Origin: Paraphysomonas bandaiensis
Lineage: Eukaryota > Protista > Chrysophyceae
Assembly (NCBI GenBank): GCA_965644295.1
Contig: CBFFRP010000069.1
Coordinates: forward strand, 1 to 64,000
Length of the DNA: 64,000 nt
Direction: 5' to 3'
Both the position numbers and the translations under genes were made by a program. The notes beneath the pieces are model-generated. The model ran no database searches, was not told the origin of the DNA, and saw only the letters and a program-made list of their open reading frames with translations. This document shows positions 50,450 to 63,520 of this stretch, in pieces; position 1 is the first letter of the stretch; every line of letters starts with the position of its first letter.

Positions 50450-51085
50450 ATGGCGAAGTTGAATCCAACATCAATTCTAAGAAATGAATGTTTGCAATAC
50501 TTCTTGTTAGCATGGTGTCTCTTCACCACGTATATGTATCTTTTTCCTACCACTGTTTTGAAAAGTGTGCCTGGTTGTCCGTATCAGTGGCATGGAGGTA
50601 GTCCCACTCATGACGGATCGTGTTGGTGTGGGTGGGATACGTACTGTCTTTGCACCCCATCACTTGCTATTGATGCTGTTATCGAATATAAAGGCTCCAA
50701 TGAGCGAGACACAAAGATAGTATTGATTCAACGTCGTGACTCCGAAGTTATTACATTTGCCATTCCTGGTGGATTTGTAGATGTTGGTGAAGCAGTAGAG
50801 GCTGCGGCTGTGAGGGAAGTGAAAGAAGAAACGAATCTTGACTTAACATCACTGCAGCAGTTTAAAGTATTTTCAGACCCCAAACGAGATGCAAGGAGAC
50901 ACACCGTGAGTGTCGTCTTTCGGTGCTTTGTCGAAGATGTAACTGATATACACAGTGGTGATGATGCCAAGGCAGCAGTACTAGTTCCTCTTCGAGAAGC
51001 ACTGAAACTTAAGTTAGCATTTGACCACAAAGTAATTTTAGAAGAATTTATTAAACACTTCCATCCCACATTACTCTCAATGTGA
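50450..51085 (+). CDS. Nudix hydrolase (ADP-ribose pyrophosphatase-like) with an N-terminal membrane anchor
   Basis: Nudix box GGFVDVGEAVEAAAVREVKEETNL, plus SDPKRDAR, GDDA and LAFDH motifs. Confidence 0.9.
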   Translation: MAKLNPTSILRNECLQYFLLAWCLFTTYMYLFPTTVLKSVPGCPYQWHGGSPTHDGSCWCGWDTYCLCTPSLAIDAVIEYKGSNERDTKIVLIQRRDSEVITFAIPGGFVDVGEAVEAAAVREVKEETNLDLTSLQQFKVFSDPKRDARRHTVSVVFRCFVEDVTDIHSGDDAKAAVLVPLREALKLKLAFDHKVILEEFIKHFHPTLLSM

Positions 51086-52834
51086 TATATGAATGATTAG
51101 TATATATGTACCAATAATCGTTATTATGTGCGGCGCTCGGGGGAAGCGTACTTATCCCTGATCGGATCATACTGAAGTCTTCTTTCTGTCGTAGCCTCAA
51201 CAATTTGAGGTCTAAAAATCTGCAACAAAGCACAAATGGTGCAAATACAAGGATGCGTTGTTCTAGCTCATCGTGCCCGCCGACTTTACCAATGCTAGGT
51301 AAAAACATATTGTATTTTGTAATAAGCATATATGCATTCTTCTACAGGTTAAACCCACGGTCCCCATGATGTTATTATCCCCATTTGTATCAGAAAGTGT
51401 TTTTCGAACTGAATTGGGTTCAACAGAAAGCTCATATTAGTACGAGGGAAATATAGACATCAATTTCAATATTCAGTACGAACACAAACTACGAATCGTA
51501 TCTGCTATCTTAATTATTAACTGTTAATATGATATAGAGTATAGAAACCACAATGATGAGTCGGCTGTTATATTCCATCCTTAGTTTGATGTAGACGATC
51601 ATAATGATGATAGTGCAAGCAACATATCTTCAGAAGTAGGGAGCTGGCTGACAAGCATACAATATATTATTGCAATACAATATAAAAATTTATTATCTAA
51701 CATCTATATTCTATATGATGCATAGATTGACAGTTTCATCATTGAATAGATACGCATTGGTATATGGCCATCAAGCTACTCGCCGGCCCCGTAAGACATT
51801 GTGATTGAAACAGCTAGTCATTATAAATTGTGTGATTGTCTTCGTCAAAGTAAAAAATATTTCGAACTAGAGTTTATCTCTAGTTAAAGTGTAGTCATAA
51901 ATTATCATCGCATATAACTACGCATGACATTTCAATGAGGTCATAGCGGTATAGCGGTAAGTACCAAAGTTTGACATCTTAGGAGTGGTGTTCACTGAAC
52001 AACTGGAAGTAGACTTTAATATGCTCAATGCTGAGAACTATAAATAATAATCAATATCTCTTATCATTTACCAATTTCATGTTATCTCTACTACCACTCA
52101 TTTCTCGTACAATCTTATATCGCCACTATCTTGCATGATCACTATAATATTTCGTTTCACTACTATATTATACTTATCGTCATGATGTTAATTCTCGTAA
52201 TACGATTAACCACAACTGTGAACTTCTCGTAACGGTTATAATTCAAATATCTTTTAATTGCTCTCAAACAGCAAAACTCAACAGCAAGATCAGACAAATT
52301 AAGCATAGGTCAGCTAGAATATTTTTTGAATGACAACAAAAGCCGTACGGCAATAGACAGTCCCTACAATTGTATAAAACCACGCCCTACTGGGATGAAT
52401 GCACGAATGATGTCAGTCAACTACTCTCTTTATTCAAGATTTTGTTGATCTGAGTACGATGCAATAATATCCGTGATTCAATATCGAGGTAAAAGTTTAT
52501 TCAATTCGAGATATTGTCATGTCTATTCCATGCAGACTAAACATCGCTCCCTATTATCTGTTTCTCCAGCAAAGTGATGGTAGATATTGGCCTTTAGGAC
52601 AAAGAAGGTTGTTGTTTCCGCCTCTTTCAGATGCTATGTGTTGTTGGGATGAGCCCTGTCGTAAGATTGTTCTTAATATTTTCTATGCATGTATGTAACT
52701 TTAAGCAAAGGACTCTTTAAATTATATACTGCAGTACAGTATACCGTATAACACTGGATATAAATTGTTACTCCTCATTCATATATATATATATATCGTT
52801 GTGGCATTTTGGTATGATGACAAATAACACAATC

Positions 52835-53021
52835 CAAACAAAATACTACACTGTGCACAAGTGATCATTGACGAATTCCATGACATCAAATTCATGCGTG
52901 TTGTTTCCGCTATCAACAAGCACTGGTGAGTGAAAAGTGTATGATAGCGGAAACAACACGCATGCATTTGATATCATGGAATTCGTTGATGACCAGTGTG
53001 CACAGCGTGGTATTTTGTTTG
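52835..53021. repeat. Long imperfect inverted repeat (~80-bp arms, 26-nt loop)
   Basis: 52835-52915 pairs with 52942-53021. Confidence 0.9.
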
Positions 53022-55840
53022 TCTGAACCAACATACACATACATGTCATCTACAAAACATCAATATAGGGGATCCGTCATGAATCAATAATGTTCACAAA
53101 AAGTCGAGGTAATACCAAAACCTGGTGAAATTTTTGTTGATGCTTGGAAAAGGGTATAACTATGCACAATAACAGTAACTATTTGAAGATACTATTAACA
53201 GTGTGAAAAGCAGTATTTATAATATTCTACTTCATTTCTTCCATTCTACTTCAGTTTTACAGCTATAAAAGTCATCGACTACACATATATATTATATACA
53301 GTTCAAGCGTTTCAGTCCTAAGCTTGAAAAGCTACTCGTTGTACGACACCCCACAACAACCACTAATAGGTCTAATATAACATACATGATGTACATAACA
53401 ATATATGTTCGGTCTAGCAGAACTTCGTGATCTTCTTATGAGAAAAAATAATGATGATCCTCTACCTACCGATGACTATCCACCTGCTTATGATCCTCCA
53501 CCTACTAGTTATGTGTCCCCAACGGCTGTTGATTGCCGCGTCTCCGGGTACTAATACTACTGTAAGTAGTAGTAGTGATGATAGCTATATGCTAATGCAG
53601 TGTATCCAAAATCAGGCTATTCGGTTGGAGCGTTTGCAATCTCAAGAGAGGCAAATGCAGATATAAAGTCATAATGGCCGTCGGTGTGAAAATGCACAGC
53701 ATATTTTCCAATTAGAAAATCAATAACGTATTCCAGTAATGATTTTTTATTCTTGTTATCTTTTATCATTGCAACAACCACCAGGAGAATGACCCACGAG
53801 AGATAAATATCCTTGGAATTAGCATTGATAAAGTTCGAGGCCATATCCTTGGATCTTTTTCCCTTCACGGAATGTCCACTCTGGTGACAATCAAATATTT
53901 TTACCAAAGGGGACGCTATTCCCTTGGATCTCAAATAAGCGTGCACTACATGAAGGAATTATTTGTCATCATTCCAAAATGCCACAATGAAATATGAATA
54001 ATGAGTATAATAATAAAATTCCACAGACACCTACATGTGTTATGCTTTCAGAGCCTTTCAAAAAACTCTAAGAACAAACACCAAAAACAATAAATGTGTT
54101 CTGAATAAATGTGGTAAATCATCGACCATGTATATACATCATCGTTATATATATGTATAAATGTATACATCATCGTTATATTATTATAGTATATCGACGT
54201 TATATTATATAGCTACAGGTTGAATACATTCCTATTCATGCCGTGTAATGCTACCGTTAGGGGCGCCTTATACGGAGCTCTTCGAGAAAAGAGCAAAAAG
54301 GCTCTGCTCTCGGCGCCGAGCGTATTTTGCAAATATGCCACCTTATACAAAAAAAGTCAAAAGGCTTTTCTCTCGGTGCCGAGCGCCCTAAAATACGGAC
54401 TGGAAGCAAAGAAATCGATCCAACCCAACATAAACATGTACTCTAGTGACAAATTCTGTTTGTATTTGTATCTCATGATACATTAATGTTGCTCACAATG
54501 TGACATGTTTGTAATAATAGCTTGTGTTGACACTCTTGTGGCATTTATCTGCTTATCTGCTAGCGTTATTCTTTGCTCTAATTCAACTGTTGTCTGCCAT
54601 TTTTATACAGTTACAAATCGCAGAAGTATCTCTATAGCAGAAGTTATCTACATATAATCGCAATTCCAGTCCAACAATGAAGGACATTATAACCTGAAAA
54701 ATAAAATAAATTAGTTATAATAACTCATTACAAACATCCAATTTGATTATGTAGGGTTGATATCATATCATACGACATTGCGCCACAAGTGGCATACCTG
54801 CGTATTATAGTGCATCTGCAAAGTAGCAACTCATCCAATATGACCTTAATATTTCATATAAGCATACTTATATTAATCAAACCATTGTAACAGTATCATA
54901 AGCAGTCATTGAGGTTAAATTTACTGCAAAATAGGACAACTACACCCATGGTTGTAGGGGTTTGAAACCAATGGATGCCCATACAGCAAAGTGCTTTGAA
55001 AGAACTAAATTCCAACAAAATAAAATACGAAACTCAGTATGAAGATTTCATATCACTCAAATATTAAGAATGACACGATTCCTTGAATTGGAAGGCATAT
55101 GGGATCATTAAGTGCAACAAGGAAGGCGCAATTAGGGACAGATCCTCCTATAATGACCTGTGCATATTTCTTGACCGTCTATTAATGAATCCAGAATCAG
55201 TATTCGTAATCTCATCTTTGCTATCACAGCGTTGTTTTCAGCAACTAGTCTCTGTTACGTGCCTCACAGTGAGTTCAGGAGCTCTCTATAACTGTGAATT
55301 TTGATGCAGGAGAACAATTGCAATCTTACAGGCAAACTTCCACCAAAAGTTGTGGAAGTTGGACCTCCACACCTCCAGAATAGCATGTTATATTGGTAAC
55401 CCAGTGTGTTTATGTGATATGTATCATTGTTTGAGCATATGATATTGACAAGTCACATTCCAGACACCCATTACACTGCATATGATACAAATAAACTGAA
55501 AAAAACTGGGTACAGTTTTTTCCGCCCCTAGATATTACGTACGTCGTAGTGTGTAGCAAATCCTCGATATATACAGCATACATACCCCACATGATCACCA
55601 CAACACCCTGGAGCGGTTCTGTGATATACGTATACCCATGGTATACTGGTATACCTATAGAGCAGCATACCATACCCGGCCCATGCAGCAGTGTGTTGGT
55701 TCGATTGAATTATTTGCTTACATGGGTATTGTTGCACTCTTAGGTGGCAATATATATTATCTCATCCACTGCTACATTGCAAGGTTATCTAACATTTGAG
55801 GCTTTTCTAGTAGATTGGACCTCATCTTACGTACTGTACA

Positions 55841-57319
55841 ATGGTGGCATCAGCAATATTTATTATGGATCTTAAAGGGAAGGTCATAATCTCTCGTAAC
55901 TACAGGGGGGATATTCCCATGAATGTCTCCGAGAGGTGCGTCTTTCAAGGCCAAATCTGCAATCTCATTGTCTTAATATGGTTTTCCATAGGTTTGCTAT
56001 TTATATTCAAGAAAGGGATGAAATGGAATTACGGCCTGTATTTACGGATGAAGGGATAACTTTTGTTTATATCAAAGTATGTGTGTTTGCATTACAACAT
56101 TCTACGTGCTAACACTGTTCGATATCGGCAGTGCAATAACTTGCTGCTGATGGCTGTAACCAAGAGAAATTCGAATGTGTCCTTGCTTTTATTCTTTCTC
56201 TACAGATTAACTAATGTAAGTAGAGTGCATAATTCCAATTCTGATGTCAGAGTATGTGTTAGGTATTCAAAGATTATTTTGGTGAGCTAGAGGAGGAGAG
56301 CATTCGAGATAATTTTGTGGTTGTATACGAATTATTGGACGAGACAATGGACTTCGGTTATCCACAAACATGTGAATCACGCATTCTAAGAGAGTATGTA
56401 TTTGTCACAATGCTGAGCAGACATAACTCGATTGTGTAGGGTGGTGACGCAGGAGAGTAACAGACTTGAAGTTGCACCAAGACCTCCTGTTGCTCTCACT
56501 AATGCAGTATCCTGGCGATCTGAGGGTATTAAACACAGGAAGAATGAAATATTTCTTGATGTCGTAGAGAAGCTTAACCTGCTAGTGTCGAGCAATGGCA
56601 CTGTACTTCACTCTGAAATAATTGGATGTATCCAGATGAAATCTTTCCTTTCGGGAATGCCTGAGTTGAAATTGGGACTTAACGATAAGCTTATGTTCGA
56701 GGCGACAGGCCGGTCAACTTCTCGAGTTAAGGCTGTTGAGCTTGAAGATATTAAATTCCACCAGTGTGTTCGGTTGGCCCGGTTCGAGAACGACCGTACA
56801 ATATCCTTCATTCCTCCTGATGGAGAATTTGAGCTCATGACTTATCGCCTTAACACACATGTGAAGCCCTTGATATGGGTGGAGGCCGTTGTCGAGCCAC
56901 ACAGCCATTCTCGTATTGAGTACATGATTAAAGCAAAGAGTCAGTTTAAGAGCCGCTCCATCGCGAATAACGTAGAGATCATTATCCCCGTTCCTCAGGA
57001 TGTGGATTCTCCATCTTTTAAAGCATCCATAGGAACTGTCACTTATTTTCCCGACCGGGATGCTATTATTTGGTCCATTAAGCAGTTCACAGGATCGAAG
57101 GAGTATTTGATGCGCGCACACTTTGGTTTGCCTTCGATCACTGGAGAGGACGCCGAACACTGGAGAGCCCCTATTGAGGTGAAGTTTGAAATCCCCTACT
57201 TCACTGTTTCCGGCCTTCAAGTCCGATACCTGAAGATTATCGAGAAATCTGGGTACCAAGCTCTCCCTTGGGTCCGCTACATCACTATGAATGGCAACTA
57301 CCAACTCCGCATGAGTTAA
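55841..57319 (+). CDS. AP1M1: AP-1 clathrin adaptor complex mu subunit (5 exons)
   Basis: SAIFIMDLKGKVIISRNYRGD, VSWRSEGIKHRKNEIFLD, KFHQCVRL, YLMRAHFGLPS and YQALPWVRYIT motifs. Confidence 0.97.
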
Positions 57320-57789
57320 GCGAAAGGAGATAGCCGTGTCTCGGTGTTCTTGTCTAGCGAATGCTTGGCTGTTTATTCATTATGGGTCTTGTGATATGAG
57401 ATCTCCGTGAGTTTAGGGATAACCCTTTGAAAAGATACGTATTAGTAATGAGAAGATTATTTGAGTTACCGCCTTATAACTCTAAACTCACAGTAAGAAA
57501 GTAGTAAGCGAAATATGGCCAATATATTCTAGTCTGTTTAAAATATACTCAAGCCAGCTGTGGTACTTCTGATTAGTGCTGATCGTATATTATCACTAGC
57601 GAATTATGTACAACTGAGTAGATAAATTACGAGAATCACAACATCTCTACTGCTGTATGTCGCTAAAACAGTGGAAAAATTAAATACTGTGAATTAAGGG
57701 TTTCAAGTTTTTGTGATAGTTATAGTAACTGCATACATTCATGACGCACTGTTGAAGATTGTAAATTGTTAAGCTTGAACATATAAGTG

Positions 57790-58309
57790 AAGTTAGCCTC
57801 ATACTGAGTAAATCATAAAGTTGCATTAAAGTCCAGCAGTAGTGAATGTCTTATTATTAGCAATATTGGCGTTTAAGAGTCAGAACTAATGTAGCATTCC
57901 TAAATTTTAACTAACTAGAGCTTAACTCTGATATCCTAATATTGGCGCTACGAAAGTTGGTTGTGCGTCGCCGCAAGCACCAAGGTGCAACAAGTTTTGC
58001 TCAATCACTCAATGCTAACGCAGTGAGCAAGCAGAATGTTGATATACCTGACATGTGCTAACTTCAGGATTTTTGAGACCTTAAGGTAAACAACCCGAAT
58101 GCTTGACTTCAGTAGGAAGCCCAGTTCATGACATGAGCCCATTCCCGGATGCCTGTTTATTCGTCAAGTCCCAAAGACGTCCACTGGGTAGAAAATTATA
58201 TGTTAACTCTACGTATATATAGCGGCTCACATTAGTTTACCGGAGAAATATCTCCGGTACTTATCCTCCAGAACACCACGAAAAGGGGCGAGTCCGACTT
58301 TGTTGAGGG
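57790..58309 (-). mobile_element. SINE-like family copy (short form with an internal deletion)
   Basis: Head ends ...GAGTCCGACTTTGTTGAGGG at 58309. Tail matches the 40640-40715 region. Confidence 0.85.
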
Positions 58310-58335
58310 TATTAATTTATAAGCACTTTAGTGAG

Positions 58336-59139
58336 CAGGCCTGCGTAACAATTAACATGCAAGAGGTATCCTAAATAATTATTGCTATTGCTTACCAAGA
58401 ATTTATCTATATTGGCAAGAATTTAATTTTATTGTTTTATTATTTATTAAATATCTCTCTCTCTTCAAAGATGTCAATTTCAATGTGTCTAGGTGTCATT
58501 CGCTTGTTCTCTTTAAATTAAATTGTTGTTCTATTTAAATATTTCGTACAACGATATTGTGAAGGCAGTTTGGTGCATAGTTTCTTACACTTTTGGTTTG
58601 TCTTCAAAAGTAAAGGAATGGCTATTTGTCTTTCTCATCATCCTCTTTCTCTTCACTCTTTGTCACCTTCGTGTGTTGGCACATCATTAATACAGCGACA
58701 TGTAGTGGTCCCAAACAGATACACAAAATCACTCACATTACTGTATACGTAAATACTTTTTGCAGTCGTTGAATAGTAGCTACAAATCAGCTTTTCTATG
58801 TATCACGACAATAGTTGTGGGGTTGCTCAGTTAGTTCTTTGCCAACGATCTTTGACGTGTTAATAAACTTTCATGTTGAGGTGAAAGAGTGTATACTGAC
58901 CCCTATATGGACACACAATTATGATTAATTATGATGAAGTGAATGTGGGCAGTGCAGATATACCCAAGTTCCTTTCTGCTAACAGTTAAGGAGTTTGTAC
59001 CAAGGATCAGTTGCTATACACTGTACAGCGCATATATAATTAAGCTATCATAATAATTGCAACATATACCAATAGTAATTGCAATTATCAGTTATTTTTT
59101 TATTAAATTCAAACTTCAATTATTTCTAACGCAAGTCTG
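58336..59139. mobile_element. hAT-type MITE (non-coding, AT-rich)
   Basis: Imperfect TIRs CAGGCCTGCGTAA / CAGACTTGCGTTA. Degenerate 8-bp TSD TTAGTGAG / CCAGTGAG. Confidence 0.6.
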
Positions 59140-59379
59140 CCAGTGAGTATCTGTTCTCCTTCTCATCAGTTTATCATATATGTTAACCAGTTATTCCCAC
59201 ATCACCATGAATATTTGTACAGATACCCGTCAGTGACTAACTAACTTCTCTCATTAGTACTGCACACGTTTTTACTATGAAACATATATCACTTACGTTC
59301 GTAGTATTAATTCCAGATATATGTATACGCTATGAAGTTGCATGCACTGCTCCAACCAACCCATCTCTACGATATCGCT

Positions 59380-60332
59380 CTAGTAAATTGCTATTCTCAA
59401 ATGTTTTGAATGCTGCACGTATTAAGCAAGCGTTGCGATTGGAACTAGCAGCATCCTCGTAGATGATCCAGACGTTGGAGGATCGTCAATAATTACCAGA
59501 TCGAATCTTCACCCTGCATGAGTTTGGAGCGCTGAATTAATTCTACATGTATAGACAGTGTGAAAATAATAGAAAAGTGGTGCAACAGAGTGACCTACAA
59601 TGGACTTATGTACAATACATATTATCTATACTCTGTATATCACCAACACAACACTTACTGTTAGCGATATCGGAAAAAACTTCCTCGAGACCTTGCTAGA
59701 TTTCGCAGAGGTGCTAAAATGCTGAGCGCCTACTGATGCAGCGTATCTGCGGGTCTCACAGTTTAGAACCATACAAGCAAGCTTGTTTAGTCTACTTACT
59801 CAACGGCCTCCTTGGTAAACGTAACCCTAACCGCTCATTTACACGTCTGCTTCTCTCGAGGTCTATTTCGTTACCCGCAATACTATTTTACGAAGTTCTT
59901 TCTCCCACTTTTTGACCTTGGTTAAGGATTCTGTGTCAGTAATATCGTATACGAGAAGTGCACCATCTGTTCCAGCGCGTACCAATTATAAATGTACAGT
60001 GTGTAAAATATACAATGTGTAACACATTATACATTTCTTACCCGCATCTCTGTAGTATATAGGGCCTAAAGCATGAAACCTTTCTTGACCAGCTGTTTAG
60101 TTTAGAGTAATTCACATTGAACTTTACAAATAAAATGAATACTTACTAGTATCCCATACTGATAATTGGACAGATGACCCTCCCACCGAATTTTCTTATC
60201 AAGGTAACTAGCATGCAGTGTCGATATCTGCTGATCACTATACTCCCCACGAATATATCGCAATAAAATTGAAGTATTTCTTACCTGTCCTTCACCTAAC
60301 AACACTATTTTGTACCTATGACTGATCATCAC
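59380..60332 (-). pseudogene. RAB21: Rab21-like GTPase unprocessed pseudogene
   Basis: KIVLLGEG, ASYLDKK, GQERFHALGPIYYRDA and GALLVYDITD motifs. The P-loop reads GEGQVRNTS, G3 reads DTTGQ, G4 reads NEID, with frameshifts at ~60188 and ~59885. Introns are retained. Confidence 0.8.
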
Positions 60333-61012
60333 GATGTGGAATGTTGACTAAAAATATTAAAAACAGTGAACAACAGCTATGGTAGATCGTTCAATCAATC
60401 CAAAACCTGATAGTTAAAGTCAATGGATAAGTGACTGATAACTAGTTATACTGTCATTCTTCTTCTGTTTCTTTAGCGAATATCGATTATATATGCATGT
60501 ATTATAACATGATCTACGAAAGGATACTCCTACTAGAGGCAGGATATCAACAAGAACGAGAACTGAAGTTGCTGTTGTATATCTACTGTAGGTATACCAG
60601 GTATACACAGAGTACGACTTCTAAATACAGAGCACAGGACTGTATGTGGAGATAAAGCGGAAGCTGTTTTTTTCCGACGCTGGCTGCGTATCGGCAGTCA
60701 GCATCTTATTTTTCGGAAACAAATTGAATCATAAATCTTCCATATTACTGTAATACAACTACGGCTAGAATACATATAATTGTTGTCTCAGTATTAGAGG
60801 CATCTTTGAACAAAAATATACAAAGGATGCCGATACGTGGTTTTTATTGCTGATTTTTTCTGTGTGTGTGCGCAGCAGTCCCAGTCTGCAACATCTAGAC
60901 ATAGCACACAACTCAAATAACACAGGCGGATACTGAGAAAGTAGCACAAATAGGATAATAAAGGGAGTCTTTTGCGCCAGTGACGTTTTTGCTGAAGGTT
61001 TATTGTGTTTAC

Positions 61013-61690
61013 ATGGAGAAGAAAGGAGACTATAAAGGTTACAGCGACGATAAACACCTGGATTCAAAGGATTCGTTTTGTGAAGGAAAATCTGGGGAGT
61101 CTAAAGGAGATGAGTATCTGGATGAGGGAAAGTCTGATGTTTGCTTTGATGTCCCACAAATTGATGTAACTGCCATTCACATTGAGCCATCTCGTAAAAG
61201 TTGCATCACGGACCCATTGGAGCTCAGTATTGGATTTGCTTTAGACCGAGACGTTGTGGCTGGATACTGGGAGGTCAAGGTAAATGTGTAATTGTAGGAT
61301 TTAATGGATTAATTCCTGTTACCAGTTTTTAGTGGACTCTGCAAACAAAAGGATCATCAAAAGTGAGTAATATTGTGGCTCCTGTTTTGTATTATGATTT
61401 CGAATACTTTTAGTTCTGGGACGAACACCTGTAGAAGATTATCCTGATGGTGAATCGGAAATGAACTTCAAGGTGATGCGAAAGTTATTGTTATAGGTGT
61501 TTGTGTAAATGGAATGTAGGTGGATCACATTGACGTCTCGGGCATCCCACCCAGCACTCTTACAAACTCCGGGCTACTGATGGCGACCTTCAAAGTTCAT
61601 GGAGAAGAAGTAGCAAGTGTGAACATGGTTGTAAATGTTATGAACGAAGGTGGAGAAGTTGTACGGGAAATATTAAGTCCTTTGGAATAG
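61013..61690 (+). CDS. Small divergent ASF1-fold-like protein (4 exons)
   Basis: Spliced product ...DPLELSIGF...WEVK|FLVDSA...DVSGIPPSTL...EEVASVNMVVNV resembles the ASF1 beta-sandwich pattern by eye. Confidence 0.55.
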
Positions 61691-62067
61691 ATACTTGGCT
61701 TGATGCAATGTAGCGTCACATAGAGTTTCCTACCTGATTGCCTATTAGATGTCGTTAGCATGTTAATGGTACAATTGTATAAGCACCATTTCAATTTGGT
61801 AATGGATTCGTGTATGTCAGAGGTTTAATAAACATTTTCTGCGGTTGTATTATATATTGGCACTGCCGTTTTTAAATTGTGTTGATTAGATTTTAGTAAC
61901 ATGCTCCAATGTTCTTACTCTTAAAAACGAAAAAAGGTAGAGTGCTACGTATTCAGGTTAATAATACCACATTTATACACTATATGCATCATAAGACACA
62001 TAACGAACACACAAGTTATTACATTTGTGAAAGTTTAGGCTATCTACCGTAAATTTTTCACAACACG

Positions 62068-63520
62068 TCAGATAAGACAGTCACTATTCTCATTAAGTAT
62101 ACTCTCAACAAACTTTGGTACGACAGCTAGCCACTCATTCGATTCATGAACCGACTCGTGTCCTGCAGAAGGAATTTCTACCATTGTCGCCACTGCTGGA
62201 CAAGCTTCCTGTCGCAAACATTCTGCGCCTGAGTACTTCCCCCCATCTTCCACTGATGTCCGGTGAAGGACACATGATGCAGTTCCATTCGGCGCAGTAT
62301 CGGCCACAGCTTGTATAAGTCGCCAGCTGTGCTCTGACGGGATAGTCCAATCCCTCGCCCCATGAAGCAATAGAACGGGACAGCCCACAGAGCCGATACG
62401 GGAGGCAGTGTTATAGCTGAAGGTGATGAAGCTGGCCCTGCCGTGAAGATTACACACACATATACTCAATATACAGACAGACAGGTACAAACAATTGACA
62501 GTTAATTCAAACAAACAACTAGTACATACACAAAACTTACATGAGATCTGACACTAGGGGTAGTAGGCGGAACATAGCGATATGCGGGTAGTCCTTCGCA
62601 GCATCCCTCACAGATACGAAGGCAGAATTGAGAATTAGGCCTGCCGGCAATAACGACCCAACGCCGCACTCATGGGATTCCCTACTATTAAGTGAATGAG
62701 CGAGCTCTGTGGCGATTGCAGATCCTAGACTTTGCCCGTACAAAAATATACGAGGGGTTGTTGCAAGAAAGCCAGACTCGCACTCGTTTTCACCGCCTTC
62801 TCCCATCGTAATCTTCCGCTCTATCCACTCCCACACAGCTCGAGCATCCAATGCAGTCCCGCCCTCGCTAGGCCATCCTGCTGAGTCTCCGAAGCCCCGA
62901 TAGTCAATGGTAATCACATGCGAGGACAGCTGGCTTGCCAAGCGGTGAAGTAGTGATATTCGGCGCGGAAGTGCGCGGTTTCCTGCGTTACCATGGAAAT
63001 ACACAACTATAACCTCTGCTTCTTTTAACTGCGAATCGAAATACTCCTCACGCTCTTTATGACTGGTTATAGACGCACCAAGTCTGGCTATCCTACCGGG
63101 AGGAAGTATGTGCCACCCTCTAATTGTGGTACCATCAGCTGCTGCTAGCTCTATATTTCTTCCGTCGCTCAGTCCAAATCGATTGAGGTTGGTAAGCGGC
63201 CCAAAGGGAAAGTTTAAAATGTTCATATATAGGATAGCAGATTGAAAAAATGTGGAAAACATGGCAGCCGTACATAATGTAACGTAAAGCACAACACCCA
63301 GGAGCGCACATTTATACATACTGACATTCCCTAACGTTTTTTTGGGTTTACCATTGGCATAGCTTACATTTGTTTGAGAACCAGAATCCTTGCAAACGAG
63401 CAATGGCGGATATTCTGGAATGTGTTTGTCCCCTTTCAAATGAAATTTCTTCTCCGAATTCGTGCGTTTTAAGCTGTGATGTATATGGGGTTCTACTGAT
63501 GTACTTTTAGCATTTCCCAT
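62068..63520 (-). CDS. ABHD12-like membrane-anchored alpha/beta hydrolase
   Basis: One TM, YFHGNAGNR, DYRGFGDS, nucleophile GQSLG, LLHGARD and C-terminal GH motifs. At least one intron near 62540. Confidence 0.88.

Noticed and set aside
59822-59832. Telomere-like AACCCTAACC (also near 39663)
   Set aside because: Fewer than two units and embedded in gene sequence.
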